A DNA stretch of 62,762 bases, filler included, from Nitrospinota bacterium (GTDB lineage Bacteria > JAUXIQ01), in NCBI GenBank assembly GCA_030620925.1. It is 5 parts of 5 records of this genome, joined end to end, with 100 filler letters (N's around TTAATTAATTAA, not from the genome) between each part and the next. Parts side by side here need not be neighbours in the genome. Positions count along the whole stretch, not along the records: positions 39,515 to 62,762 come from JAUXIQ010000004.1; 4 more parts are not named here. One strand, written 5' to 3'. Of the stretch, positions 39,702 through 50,089 are shown one piece after another; positions within the stretch are counted from its first letter, which is position 1; every line of letters starts with the position of its first letter. Made by a program: the position numbers and the translations under genes. The notes under the pieces were generated by a model, which was given only the letters and a program-made list of their open reading frames with translations, had not been told where the DNA came from and ran no database searches.

Positions 39702-41549
39702 ATGAGTCTGGCAAACCCCTGGGCCCTGATATTGCTCTCATTGATACCCATCATCAGTCTCCTCCACACCCGGAGAATGGAGAGGCGCAGCGTACGCGTG
39801 TCCGCACTGTTCCTGTGGGAAGAGGTCCTCAGAGAACAGAGCACCGTCACCGGCCTCAAGAAGTTGAACCTGAACCTCCTCCTCTGGCTGCAGATGGCCG
39901 CCGTGGCGGCGCTCGCCCTTGGACTTGCGAAACCGCACCTGTTCACGACAGGAATGCCCGCGGGCAGGGTGGTGCTCATCATGGACGTCAGCGCCAGCAT
40001 GCGCACCCTGGAGAAAGGAGAGGAAAAGTTCACCGCCGCCAAAAAGGCGGCACACGATCTTATCCGGAGGCTCCCCATCGGTGGCGAAATGATGGTGCTG
40101 GAGGCCGGCGCCCAAGCCCGGGTGCGGAGCCATTTCACCGACAAGAAGACGGAATTGCACGATATCGTGGAAAGCATGAAGGCCACCGATGAGCCGGGCC
40201 GCCTCCATGCCGCCCTGAACCTCGGGTTGTCCTTCCTCCCGGGCAGAGGTACGGTCTATTTCATCACCGACACCGGGGGAACGGGCCGTTCATTCGACCC
40301 ACCGGAAAAAGCGGGTAGAAAAGTAAAACCGATCATAGTGGGCGGTATCGGAAAAAACATGGGCATCACCCGCATGGCCCTGAGAAAGAACGAGCGAGGA
40401 AGCGGCGGCCGGCAACTGCTGGTCCGGGTACAAAACTTCACGGACCGGCGAACGGAAACCGGATTGACCATCAACTTGAACGGGTCCCCCATGAACCGGC
40501 GCAGGCTGGTCCTGGAAGCAGATTCCACCAACACCTCCATCTTCCCCCTCCCTGCCTCGTGGACCGGAGAAACGCTCGCCACCCTGAACGTTGACGACGA
40601 CCTCGCCGCCGATAACAACGCCTACGCCGTTACATCCCCTTCTCTAGACCTCAGGGTCCTCCTCGTTACCGGCGGCAACTTTTTCCTGGAGAACGCCCTG
40701 TCAGCACACCCCGGCATCAGCGTTACCAGAATAGCTGAGGTCGATGAACGCCTCCTGGACGAGCTGATGGCCGAACACGATATCGCTGTTTTCGACGGGA
40801 TACCCGGCCCCAAACTGCATACGGGAAGCTACCTGGTGATGGGGACATCGGTTAAAGAACCCGCCATCGAGGTAAAGGGCTTCCCTCCCCTTCCCAGGGC
40901 GTATCTCGCTATCCCCGGCCATCCCCTTCTGGAGCATCTGGAGGGCGAATGGCTGCGCGTGGGGAAGGTCTTTAAGGCCAAGCTGCCCGGGGGTGGAGAA
41001 TTCGTGTTGGGCCGAAAGGAGGCCCCGCTCATCTACAGCTATTCCTCTCAAAGTCTCAGGCTCGTCTACTTCGGCTTCAGGCTGAAGGATTCCGACCTGG
41101 CCCTCACCCCCGCTTTTCCCATCCTGTTGGCTAACACTATCAAATGGCTGCAGCCGGAAACGGGAGCGGGGGGAAACCGACAGGTGCTCACCGGAGACAG
41201 CTATCGAGCCGATTTCGGCCCCCGGGCGGAGGAAGCGGTTATCGATGGGCCATGGGGAAAATTCACCGTCCCCCTGCATGAGGGGCGTCTCCAATTTCGC
41301 CGCGTGAGGCGGGCGGGTTTTTACAAGGTGAGAGCAGGCGGGAAAGAACACCGCTTCGCGGCCAATCTGTTCGATGAAAAAGAGTCCGACCCCAGGCCCG
41401 GGGTCGACGGGCCGAAATCGACATCCTCCGGCGCCTTTCTTAAAGGGAAACGAGAGGCACTGAACCCCGTCTGGCGCTACCTCCTTCTATCAGCCCTGGC
41501 CTTCGTTGCGCTGGAAACCTTTTTGTTAACCCGAAAAACCGGCTTATAG
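39702..41549 (+). CDS. BatA N-terminal plus VWA domain membrane protein
   Basis: NPWAL..L..IPII.LLH, LGLAKP, MIDAS DVSASM, DDLAADN. Confidence 0.88.
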   Translation: MSLANPWALILLSLIPIISLLHTRRMERRSVRVSALFLWEEVLREQSTVTGLKKLNLNLLLWLQMAAVAALALGLAKPHLFTTGMPAGRVVLIMDVSASMRTLEKGEEKFTAAKKAAHDLIRRLPIGGEMMVLEAGAQARVRSHFTDKKTELHDIVESMKATDEPGRLHAALNLGLSFLPGRGTVYFITDTGGTGRSFDPPEKAGRKVKPIIVGGIGKNMGITRMALRKNERGSGGRQLLVRVQNFTDRRTETGLTINLNGSPMNRRRLVLEADSTNTSIFPLPASWTGETLATLNVDDDLAADNNAYAVTSPSLDLRVLLVTGGNFFLENALSAHPGISVTRIAEVDERLLDELMAEHDIAVFDGIPGPKLHTGSYLVMGTSVKEPAIEVKGFPPLPRAYLAIPGHPLLEHLEGEWLRVGKVFKAKLPGGGEFVLGRKEAPLIYSYSSQSLRLVYFGFRLKDSDLALTPAFPILLANTIKWLQPETGAGGNRQVLTGDSYRADFGPRAEEAVIDGPWGKFTVPLHEGRLQFRRVRRAGFYKVRAGGKEHRFAANLFDEKESDPRPGVDGPKSTSSGAFLKGKREALNPVWRYLLLSALAFVALETFLLTRKTGL

Positions 41550-41550
41550 C

Positions 41551-44148
41551 ATGGAACTGGAAAGACCCTTATACCTTCTTTTATTATTGATCGTTCCGCT
41601 CATTTTTTTACTGCGCTTTCGATACGGCAAAAGATTTTCCGGCAGACGCGAAAGAGCGTCTTTCATCCTCAAGGCGGCCGCCATATCCTTCCTGTCGCTG
41701 TCCCTGGCCGGACTCACCGGAACCGGCGGAGACGTTAAGGTCAACGCCGTTTATGCCGTGGATGTTTCCAGGAGTATGGGCGAAGGGCCTCCGGAAGAAT
41801 TCCTGAACAAAGTATCCCAAGCCACCCGGAGGCACCCTGAGGCGCGCAACGCCGGCGTCATCCTCTTTGGCAGAGGCTCGAAATCCGTCGCCCTTCCCGG
41901 ACCGGCCGCCGCCAATCCAACACCCCCCGAAACCCCTACCGGCGGACCCTTGACCGCAGGGACGGACATCGCCGGTGCGTTGCGGCGGGCTTCCGGCCTT
42001 CTCGAGGAAGAGACCGTCAATCGGGTAGTCTTGTTCACCGACGGCAGACAGACGGAGGGGGACGCCGCAGCCGCAGCCGAGGCGCTGCGCGCCTTGGGCG
42101 GAGAGCTGATAGTGGTGTCTCCTGAGCGGCCGACGGGCCGAAAAGAAGTGGCCATCGAGGGTCTGCGAGCGCCGGGCAGGGTCAAGGCCATGGAGCCCTT
42201 CAAACTGTTAGTCACCATAAACAGCGAGGGGCGGGTAGCAGCCGGGCTGGACGTTTTCAGGGACGGGCTGCTCTCCACCTCCCGTGAGATCGAGCTCAGG
42301 GCGGGTCTCAACAGTCTTCAGCTTAAGGACGTGATTGCGGAAGAGGGGTTACACCACTATCGTGCGCTGGTTCGGCCGCCTGAAGACGGCATGGCGGAAA
42401 ATAACAGCTATGAGACCTTCGTGGAGGTGGTTCACAAACCAGTTGTCCTGCTGGTTCACGGGGATGAGGAAGAATCCCGCTTTCTGCTCGAAGCGCTGCA
42501 CTCTCAGGGGTTCAACGTAGTGAGCGGCGGCGCGGAAATGCTACCCACGCGCTATCTTGAGTATACCGGCTACGCGGCCATAATCCTGCAAAACGTCTCC
42601 GGCCTCAGCATCTCCCGGGGTAAAATGGAAATGATTGAGAGGTACGTGAGAGATGCGGGGGGCGGGCTGGCGGTAATAGGGGGAGGTCGGAGCCTTGACC
42701 CCGGCTATTACCGCAGTCCATTGGAAAGGCTGCTGCCGGTTACCCTGGATTCGCCGTCCGAACTGGCCGCACCCGCAGTAGCGCTGGTGCTGGTCATCGA
42801 CAAGTCGGACAGCATGGGCGCCGAGGCGGGGAACACCAATAAACTCGAGCTGGCCAAGCTGGCCTCTTACAACGCCGTGGGATTGATGCGTCCCTTCGAC
42901 AGGGTGGGCCTTCTGGCTTTCGACTCGCATCATTTCTGGGCGGTGCCCATGATATGGGCCCGGGAACACCTGAAAGTCGCCCAGAGACTCAGAACCATCA
43001 CCACCGGCGGCGGCACCGATCTCCAACCGGCCCTGAAGGAAGCGTATGACCGGCTCCTGGCGGAAAATTCCGCCATCAAGCACGTGCTCATCCTCTCTGA
43101 CGGGCTAACCGAAGACAGGGGGTTCGATGAGCTGGTAAGGGCAATGGTCTCGGATAAGATAACCGTATCCACTGTGGCCATGGGCCACGACGCCGACGCC
43201 GGACTCATGGAGCGCATAGCCGTAAACGGCGGCGGGCGCTACTATTTCGCCGACGACCCTGAAAATGTTCCCACAATATTTCTAACCGAAACCCTGCTCA
43301 TCTCCCGCAGGATGGTTGTGGAAGGCGAAATAACCCCGCTCCCCACCCGGACTCATGACTTCCTGAAAGGTATAGACGTCGCCTCCTTGCCGACCCTGAA
43401 AGGATATATCCGCACCTACCCCAAAGAGAACTCCCGCATCGTCCTGGTTTCAAACCAGAACGACCCCCTCCTCGTCGACTGGCAATACGGGCTGGGGAAA
43501 GTGGCGGTATTCACATCAGACCTCTCCCATGTGTGGGGGGCCGGATGGGTGCGATGGAAAGACTTCGGGAAGTTCGCCGCCCAGCTGGTGCGTAACGTTT
43601 CATCCCCTCCCGCGCCCCATCAAGTGGAACTATCCCACCGGGTGGATAGAAATAAAGGCCGGATTACCGTAGACCTTTACGACCAGGAGGATGAGTTCAT
43701 GAACCTGATGGCTCTGAAAGGGAAGCTGATTTCCCCTTACAGCGAGGTTCAGAAGCTGAACTTCACTCAGAGCGCCCCCGGACGATACGATACTGAGTTC
43801 AGCGCCGGCCCGCCGGGACCATACTTCATCAGCCTCTACGGTCGGAGCGGCATCCACAACCTCTCCCCGTACACGGTCGGCTTCGCAGTCCCTTACAGAA
43901 CCGAATACGCCTCATGGGGCGCTGATGTGGAATTTCTGTCGGAACTCGCCGCGGCCGGAGGGGGAAAAGTGGTGAACTTGCAGGAAATGGAGCGGGAAAT
44001 ATACCGCTCTCCAACCAGAGGGGGCACTATAGAGCTGTGGCCCTTCCTTGCATTTGTTGCATTAATATGCTATTTCCTGAGCGTCCTGTCGGCGAAATGG
44101 CCGTGGTCCGGGCGAAGTCAGACTCAATCCCAACATCAAGAGCAATGA
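41551..44148 (+). CDS. double-VWA / glutamine-amidotransferase-like membrane protein
   Basis: MIDAS DVSRS and DKSDS, LFTDG, ILSDG, GGGL..IGG, WQYGLGK. Confidence 0.88.
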   Translation: MELERPLYLLLLLIVPLIFLLRFRYGKRFSGRRERASFILKAAAISFLSLSLAGLTGTGGDVKVNAVYAVDVSRSMGEGPPEEFLNKVSQATRRHPEARNAGVILFGRGSKSVALPGPAAANPTPPETPTGGPLTAGTDIAGALRRASGLLEEETVNRVVLFTDGRQTEGDAAAAAEALRALGGELIVVSPERPTGRKEVAIEGLRAPGRVKAMEPFKLLVTINSEGRVAAGLDVFRDGLLSTSREIELRAGLNSLQLKDVIAEEGLHHYRALVRPPEDGMAENNSYETFVEVVHKPVVLLVHGDEEESRFLLEALHSQGFNVVSGGAEMLPTRYLEYTGYAAIILQNVSGLSISRGKMEMIERYVRDAGGGLAVIGGGRSLDPGYYRSPLERLLPVTLDSPSELAAPAVALVLVIDKSDSMGAEAGNTNKLELAKLASYNAVGLMRPFDRVGLLAFDSHHFWAVPMIWAREHLKVAQRLRTITTGGGTDLQPALKEAYDRLLAENSAIKHVLILSDGLTEDRGFDELVRAMVSDKITVSTVAMGHDADAGLMERIAVNGGGRYYFADDPENVPTIFLTETLLISRRMVVEGEITPLPTRTHDFLKGIDVASLPTLKGYIRTYPKENSRIVLVSNQNDPLLVDWQYGLGKVAVFTSDLSHVWGAGWVRWKDFGKFAAQLVRNVSSPPAPHQVELSHRVDRNKGRITVDLYDQEDEFMNLMALKGKLISPYSEVQKLNFTQSAPGRYDTEFSAGPPGPYFISLYGRSGIHNLSPYTVGFAVPYRTEYASWGADVEFLSELAAAGGGKVVNLQEMEREIYRSPTRGGTIELWPFLAFVALICYFLSVLSAKWPWSGRSQTQSQHQEQ

Positions 44149-45467
44149 AACAGGTGCACAAACTCCATAAGAGTATTTATATTGCAGCTCTATCAACGGC
44201 CCTCACGATCTGTGCGCCTCCGCCGACAGATGCCGCGTGTCAGGGCTCCAGGGCCCGGGAAGGGGTCTGCGACGATCAGATAAACATCGGTTCCAGCGTT
44301 GTCCTCACCGGGCCTCTGGCCGACTGGGGGAACAGCATCGCCCGCAGAGGCCCCAGAGCATACTTCAACATGATCAACGAGCGGGGAGGCATCCACGGAC
44401 GAAAGATCAACTATATCATCTATAACGATTCCTACAGGCCGGAGAGAGCGCTGGCCAACGTGAAGAAGCTCATTCAAAAAGACCGCGTCCTCTGCATCCT
44501 GTTACAGACGGGAACCATCACCACCAGAGTCTCATACAAGTACGTGACGGAAGAGAAAAATGTCCCGTTCATGTTCCCCGCCTCAGGCTCGCATTTCTGG
44601 ACATCTCCCCTAAAACCCAGAGTGTTCCCCCTCTCCCCTTCTTTTTCCATGCAGACCTACATCCTCATAGACTACCTGGTGCTCACCAGGGGATACAAAA
44701 AGATAGGGATATTTTACCAGGACGGCCCCTTCGGCCACGAAATCCTGATACCCGCGATCCAGAGGCTCAAAGACCACGGCCTTAAACCGGCGGGGCAAGA
44801 GAAGCTGAAGACTAACGAGTTCGAGGTCGGCGGACAACTGCTGAAACTACGCCGCGAGGGCGCCGAGGCGGTAGTGCTGGCAGTGCCTTACAACTTCGCC
44901 TTCAGGTTTATACGAGAAGCCAGGAAAGTGGACTGGAAAGTGCAGATGGGGGGCATAAGTTTAACCGGTCTGCAGGCCCTGCTGACCATGGCACGGGATG
45001 CCGCCGTCGGTTATGTGAACGTCATGACCGTGCCCCAAGCGCGCTACGCCACCGGTCCGGCCATGGAGGAGTATAGAAGCTGGCTCGGCAAAGAATTCTC
45101 CGACGCTGCTTTCAACTCCAGCTCGCTCACCGGCTGGTGGGCGGCCAAACTTCTGACCGAAATCCTGCGCCGATCGGGAAGAGACCTTTCGCGGGATAAC
45201 ATGATAAAGGCCGCGGAGAACATCCGCGGCTATGAAACCGGCATAACCGGCCCCGTCTCCTTTTATCCTCACGACCACTCGGGCACCACCGCCGGATTTA
45301 TCGCAGTGGCCGTCCCCACCGAGGGCGGCCCCCCCCGGTTCGTCCCCCTGGGCTCCGGCCCCGCTGAAGGGCCTGCGGCATCGCCCCTGTGGATAAGCTC
45401 CTGGGGAAAGTCGGTGGAGGAGGTAAAGCCCCTGTTCAACTCCTTCAAAAAGTTCACCGACAAATGA
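44145..45467 (+). CDS. ABC transporter substrate-binding protein (branched-chain amino acid type)
   Basis: INERGGIHGRKI, D.Y.P, FYQDGPFG; ATGA overlap with the previous stop. Confidence 0.88.
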   Translation: MKQVHKLHKSIYIAALSTALTICAPPPTDAACQGSRAREGVCDDQINIGSSVVLTGPLADWGNSIARRGPRAYFNMINERGGIHGRKINYIIYNDSYRPERALANVKKLIQKDRVLCILLQTGTITTRVSYKYVTEEKNVPFMFPASGSHFWTSPLKPRVFPLSPSFSMQTYILIDYLVLTRGYKKIGIFYQDGPFGHEILIPAIQRLKDHGLKPAGQEKLKTNEFEVGGQLLKLRREGAEAVVLAVPYNFAFRFIREARKVDWKVQMGGISLTGLQALLTMARDAAVGYVNVMTVPQARYATGPAMEEYRSWLGKEFSDAAFNSSSLTGWWAAKLLTEILRRSGRDLSRDNMIKAAENIRGYETGITGPVSFYPHDHSGTTAGFIAVAVPTEGGPPRFVPLGSGPAEGPAASPLWISSWGKSVEEVKPLFNSFKKFTDK

Positions 45468-45468
45468 A

Positions 45469-45830
45469 GCGTAGGGGCGGGTTTAAAACCCGCCCTATTG
45501 GGGCGTATGCAATACGCCCCTACCCCCTGTTTATCCCGGCGATTTAAGGGATTGTATTCACCCTTTGAACGGGCGATCATCCCGCCACACGCGGGACTTG
45601 CCCCTATGACAACCAACTGGTTACTAGAGTCTCCCTCCCTTGACCCCGCCACACGCGGGGCAGGCATGGAGGGATTAAGGGAGGGTGAATAAGGGCGCCT
45701 GTCCCGCGGCCTCTACGAATACCAAACCACCAAGGCGCTGCGTAGGGGCGGGTTTAAAACCCGCCCTATTGGGGCGTATGCAATACGCCCCTACCTCGCT
45801 GATCGCGCCTGTCCCGCGCACCGCGGGACT
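45469..45830. repeat. REP/BIME-like palindrome cluster
   Basis: Two identical 56-bp units GCGTAGGGGCGGGTTTAAAACCCGCCCTATTGGGGCGTATGCAATACGCCCCTACC at 45469-45524 and 45740-45795, plus other palindromes. Confidence 0.85.
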
Positions 45831-46077
45831 ACGGAATAAAATTGTTGTAGGCCCGGCGGCTAGCCGCTGTTTGATGACGCCCGAAAGGCGCTTCTGCTGT
45901 TGATTAATAAGTCCCCGCATCGAGCTTTTAGGTTGACATCGGGTCCGATTTTCTTTAGTTATCTAACAATCAGTAACGCCTGGCAATGAGAGGGAGGATA
46001 AGTCTATCGGGGAATTTTCAGACCGGTAATAGCTCAAGAAGTCCGAAAGCGGACGATCATCAATTCAGGAGTGGAAT

Positions 46078-47022
46078 ATGAAAACGCGAATCACAGAACT
46101 GCTGGGAATAAAGTATCCCATAATACAGGGCGCCATGGCCTGGGTATCTTACCCCCAGTTGGTGGCGGCGGTCTCCAACGCAGGCGGGTTAGGAATCCTG
46201 GCAGGCACCATGTATGAACCCGTAGAGCTGAGGAGCGCCATACAGGAGATTAAAAACCTCACGGATAAACCGTTCGGCGTAAACCTGCTGGCAGGGTCTC
46301 CGATAATCGAACAGAACATGGACGTCATCATGGAGGAAAAACCCGTCGCCGTGACCTACGGTATCGGTAATCCTGGAGCCATAATCAAAAAGGTTAAACA
46401 GACCGATATCAAAGCCATTCCGGTAATTCCTTCCGTAAAACATGCCTTGCGGGCGGAGAATGACGGCGCCGACGCCATGGTAATCTCGGGCATGGAAGGC
46501 GGCGGGCACGTGGGTTACATCGGCACCCTGCCCCTGGTCCCTCAGGTGGCGGATGCAGTCAAAATACCCATTCTGGCGGCGGGGGGCATAGCCGACGGTC
46601 GCGGGCTGGCCGCTTCCCTGGCGCTGGGTGCTGAAGGGATACAGATGGGTTCCCGCTTCGTGGTGTGCCAGGAATCGCCGGTGCCTTTGAACATCAAAGA
46701 GAAGGTCATGGAGTCCAAAATTGAGGAAACCGTGATCACGGGAAACATAACCGGCCTGCGCTGCCGGGTGCTCAAGAACAGGCTGGCCGAGGAATTCTTG
46801 AAGCTGGAGGAGCTTAACTCGTCCAAGGAAGTGATGTCCGCTTTCGGCATGGGCAAGATGCGGCAGGCTTTCGTTTACGGGGATGAAGTGGACGGCTCCA
46901 TAATGATAGGCCAGGTCTGCGGCTTGATAAAGGGAATACCTACCTGCAAGGAGCTAATGGAAGGGATCGTCCGCGATGCCGAGGAATACCTGGAGCGCGG
47001 CCTGGGGTTGATAAAAAGCTGA
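46078..47022 (+). CDS. nitronate monooxygenase / FabK-like FMN enoyl reductase
   Basis: IKYPIIQGAMAWVS, NAGGLG, EGGGH.G, AAGGIADGRG. Confidence 0.9.
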   Translation: MKTRITELLGIKYPIIQGAMAWVSYPQLVAAVSNAGGLGILAGTMYEPVELRSAIQEIKNLTDKPFGVNLLAGSPIIEQNMDVIMEEKPVAVTYGIGNPGAIIKKVKQTDIKAIPVIPSVKHALRAENDGADAMVISGMEGGGHVGYIGTLPLVPQVADAVKIPILAAGGIADGRGLAASLALGAEGIQMGSRFVVCQESPVPLNIKEKVMESKIEETVITGNITGLRCRVLKNRLAEEFLKLEELNSSKEVMSAFGMGKMRQAFVYGDEVDGSIMIGQVCGLIKGIPTCKELMEGIVRDAEEYLERGLGLIKS

Positions 47023-47027
47023 TAACC

Positions 47028-47726
47028 ATGGCTCGGGAAAAGGAAAACTACAGCGAACTCCAGGAACTGGCGGAGAAGTGGGGAGCGGCCCTCTTCGGGG
47101 CGGGCGAGGCGGGCCGGCTGCTGCAATCCTCTCCGCATATGACGCCTGCATTATCTTCCGGGCTGGAAAAGACGATCTCCATGGGGATACTCCTGTCGCG
47201 TAAGATACTGGAGGACATTCAGGACCACCCCACCAAGCTCTACTTCTACCATTACCGTCGAGTCAACAACGCCCTGGACCAGCTTGCGGTAATCGTTGCC
47301 AACCGCATACAATCCCTAGGCTATCAGGCCCTGCCTGTGCCCGCCTCCCAGACCGCGGACTGGGAGAAGCAGACCGGTCTCGTTTCACACAGGGAGATGG
47401 CCCATGCCGCCGGCCTGGGCTTCAGGGGGCTGAACAGCCTGCTGGTCAACCCCCGCCGCGGGGCCCAGGTGCGACTGGTCACTGTACTCACCGACATGCC
47501 GCTCGAGGCCGATCGGCCCCTGGAGGAAAACCACTGCGCAAGCTGCATGGCCTGCGTGTCCTTATGCCCTGCGGGCGCCATCGGCGAAAGGCCGGAGGAT
47601 TTCGACCGCTGGGCATGCTACGAAAAACTGAAAGAGTTCTCTAAAACACACAACATAGGCCACCATATATGCGGAATCTGCGTCAAGGCCTGCTCCGGCG
47701 CGGTCCGAGAGGGGAGCACGACATGA
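47028..47726 (+). CDS. QueG/reductive-dehalogenase-like 4Fe-4S protein
   Basis: SHR.MA..AGLG, VRL..VLTD, CASCMACVSLCP, C..CGICVKAC. Confidence 0.8.
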   Translation: MAREKENYSELQELAEKWGAALFGAGEAGRLLQSSPHMTPALSSGLEKTISMGILLSRKILEDIQDHPTKLYFYHYRRVNNALDQLAVIVANRIQSLGYQALPVPASQTADWEKQTGLVSHREMAHAAGLGFRGLNSLLVNPRRGAQVRLVTVLTDMPLEADRPLEENHCASCMACVSLCPAGAIGERPEDFDRWACYEKLKEFSKTHNIGHHICGICVKACSGAVREGSTT

Positions 47727-48493
47727 GTGACGACAAGGTGCTGGTCACCCGAGACGGCAACATGGCCACGGTTACCGTAAACAGGCCGGACAAGCTCAAC
47801 TGCATCGATTGGGAGGTGGCGCGACTGCTGCAAGAGGCTTTCACAGGATTGAAGAGCGACGATGAGCTGAGGGTGGTCATCCTCACCGGCAGCGGAGACA
47901 GGGCGTTCGTGGGCGGGGTGGACGTTAACATATTCATGGAGTTCAACTCACAGAAAGCCCACCAGTTCATAACCCTGCTCCATTCGGCCATGACCGCCAT
48001 CCGGGAACTGCCCGTACCGGTGATCGCCGCCGTAAACGGCTACGCCCTAGGCGGCGGCTGCGAGCTGGCCGCGGCTTGCGACATGAGAATAGCCTCCGAA
48101 AACGCCATGTTCGGCATGCCCGAAGTGAAGCTGGGCCTGCCATCGGTGATCGAAGCCGCTCTCTTGCCCCGTCTGGTGGGGGCCGGGAAGGCCGCCGAAC
48201 TGGTGCTGACCGGCGATATGATCGACGCACACGAAGCGCATCGCATAGGGCTGGCAAACATGGTGGCGCCACTTGACAGTCTGATGGATGAGACCCGCAA
48301 GAAGGCGAAAACCATCGCCGCCAACGGCCCCCTGTCCATAAAGCTCCAGAAGGAGCTCATAAACGTCTGGCTGCAGGGGGACCTCAAAACCGCCGTGGAG
48401 GCGGGCATCAACTCCTTCGCATACTGTTTCTCGACCCCTGAACCCGGGGAGGGAGTGGCCGCCTTCCTGGCCAAGAGGGAACCTGAGTGGTAA
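47723..48493 (+). CDS. enoyl-CoA hydratase/isomerase
   Basis: NRPDKLN, AAVNGYALGGGCEL, FGMPEVKLG. Confidence 0.93.
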   Translation: MSDDKVLVTRDGNMATVTVNRPDKLNCIDWEVARLLQEAFTGLKSDDELRVVILTGSGDRAFVGGVDVNIFMEFNSQKAHQFITLLHSAMTAIRELPVPVIAAVNGYALGGGCELAAACDMRIASENAMFGMPEVKLGLPSVIEAALLPRLVGAGKAAELVLTGDMIDAHEAHRIGLANMVAPLDSLMDETRKKAKTIAANGPLSIKLQKELINVWLQGDLKTAVEAGINSFAYCFSTPEPGEGVAAFLAKREPEW

Positions 48494-48546
48494 AGGCCCG
48501 ACGGGCCCATTTCAATTTGGATAACTACCTATAAGATTTCATCCAT

Positions 48547-48575
48547 TTGACGGGACGTCGATAAAGTATTAGAAT
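48547..48575 (+). promoter_or_regulatory. sigma-70-like promoter
   Basis: TTGACG-N17-TAGAAT upstream of the TonB gene. Confidence 0.5.
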
Positions 48576-48674
48576 TTAAAATAAAAGTGTCGCCTTACAA
48601 GTCTTATAATAAGAACGGTTTTCTGATTATCAAACGGGCGGCGAACCCTTTTCACTAGCAGGCAGAGAAGGCAA

Positions 48675-49877
48675 ATGTACAACCGAATAGGTTACAAATA
48701 TTTTCTGCTGTCGATCGTGGCGCATGCAGCCGTTCTGCTGGGCATAGCGGTATACCTGCCGCCTGCGGAGAACAGGATCGACGTCAGCCTCCTGGACCGA
48801 AAAGATAAAATCAAGGTAAAACTCTACGAAACCCCGAAGGAGGATCCGCAGCTTACCGTGAAGAAGGAGGTCTTCCTCCCGGAAAAGAAAGTGCTGGACT
48901 TCTCCGACATTCCTCCCGGAAAGAAGCCCGAGAAGGCCCCGGTATACGGCAAGGTATCCCGTGAGGCGAGCACCGACCAGTATGAGAAAAAGTCGGACAA
49001 GGTTCAGCACAGTGAAACGGTGGCCGCCCTGCCCAAATCCCGCCGGAAAATGCAGCAGCCCGCTCCCTCCGTGGACGCCGGAATAAGGAGAGAATTCTCC
49101 CTGCCCGTGAAGATTTTACGCCCCGCCAGGCAGGCCCGGCCTTCTCCCGGCGGAGAGAGCACCGAGATAAAAGAGAAAAACCTTTACGCCCGCCTCCAAC
49201 CTTCCGAGGGGAAAGCGGAGAAAGCAAAAGAATCGCCCCCATCAAAGGAAGAGAAATCTGAAGAGGTAATAGAAAAAATCAGGGAGCCCAGGATACTGGT
49301 AAGAGACACCGGCATTGAAGATGCCCTGCAGAAAGAAAAGCTGTTCGAAGCAATCATAAGAAAGCCCGAGATTTCAGCTTCGCGCGGGCTGGGGGGGGAC
49401 CTGGGCCCCATGGACCGTACGGAGATAGAGCTATCGTTGAACAAACTCGAACAGGTACCGGATATAATCACCGACAACCTGGGGGAACACGCCAGCATCA
49501 AGAATTCGGATAAGGATGCCTCTACCGCCGACCAGGTCAAAGTCATCTCCCTGGATACGCATGAGCTTAAATACATCTCCTACTTCCATCACATCAAACA
49601 GAAGATCGTCAACCTCTGGTCCTATCCCTCCGAGGCCAGGATGCTGGGCATCGGGGGCATGGTGGTAATAAGGATGAGCCTGCTGGATACCGGTGAGCTG
49701 GAGAGGGTTCAGCTTGTGAGGAGCTCAGGTTTCATTGTCCTCGACGACGAGGCCCGAGATGCGGTCAAGTTGGCGGGGCCGTTCCATCCTTTCCCCGAAC
49801 AGATAACGGAACGGAAGCTGATAATAGAAGGCTACTTCAGATACCTGGGAGGTAACATTAACCCGGGCGGCCGTTGA
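48675..49877 (+). CDS. TonB-family energy transducer
   Basis: TM with S...H, long charged linker, W.YP.EA, SSG..LDDEA..AV..A.PF.PFP. Confidence 0.88.
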   Translation: MYNRIGYKYFLLSIVAHAAVLLGIAVYLPPAENRIDVSLLDRKDKIKVKLYETPKEDPQLTVKKEVFLPEKKVLDFSDIPPGKKPEKAPVYGKVSREASTDQYEKKSDKVQHSETVAALPKSRRKMQQPAPSVDAGIRREFSLPVKILRPARQARPSPGGESTEIKEKNLYARLQPSEGKAEKAKESPPSKEEKSEEVIEKIREPRILVRDTGIEDALQKEKLFEAIIRKPEISASRGLGGDLGPMDRTEIELSLNKLEQVPDIITDNLGEHASIKNSDKDASTADQVKVISLDTHELKYISYFHHIKQKIVNLWSYPSEARMLGIGGMVVIRMSLLDTGELERVQLVRSSGFIVLDDEARDAVKLAGPFHPFPEQITERKLIIEGYFRYLGGNINPGGR

Positions 49878-50089
49878 ACAGTCGGTTTCGCCCGTCTCGA
49901 CTTTTTCAGTTCTCCCTTCCCAAGACTTTATCCTTAATAAGGACGGGCCGGATAGTCCATCTCTTAAAAGATTTAATCGGAAAATACCCGTACAAATGGT
50001 CATAAATTCAGGGAGGGGCGTTAGGCCCACAGAAGCTGGATGGCGGCTGAGCTTATAAAGTTCCTTCCAAGATTTTTGACGGGTTGAGC

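Noticed and set aside
45469-45795. CRISPR array from the identical 56-bp repeats
   Set aside because: Only two copies, 215 bp apart, GTAG-REP structure, no cas genes.
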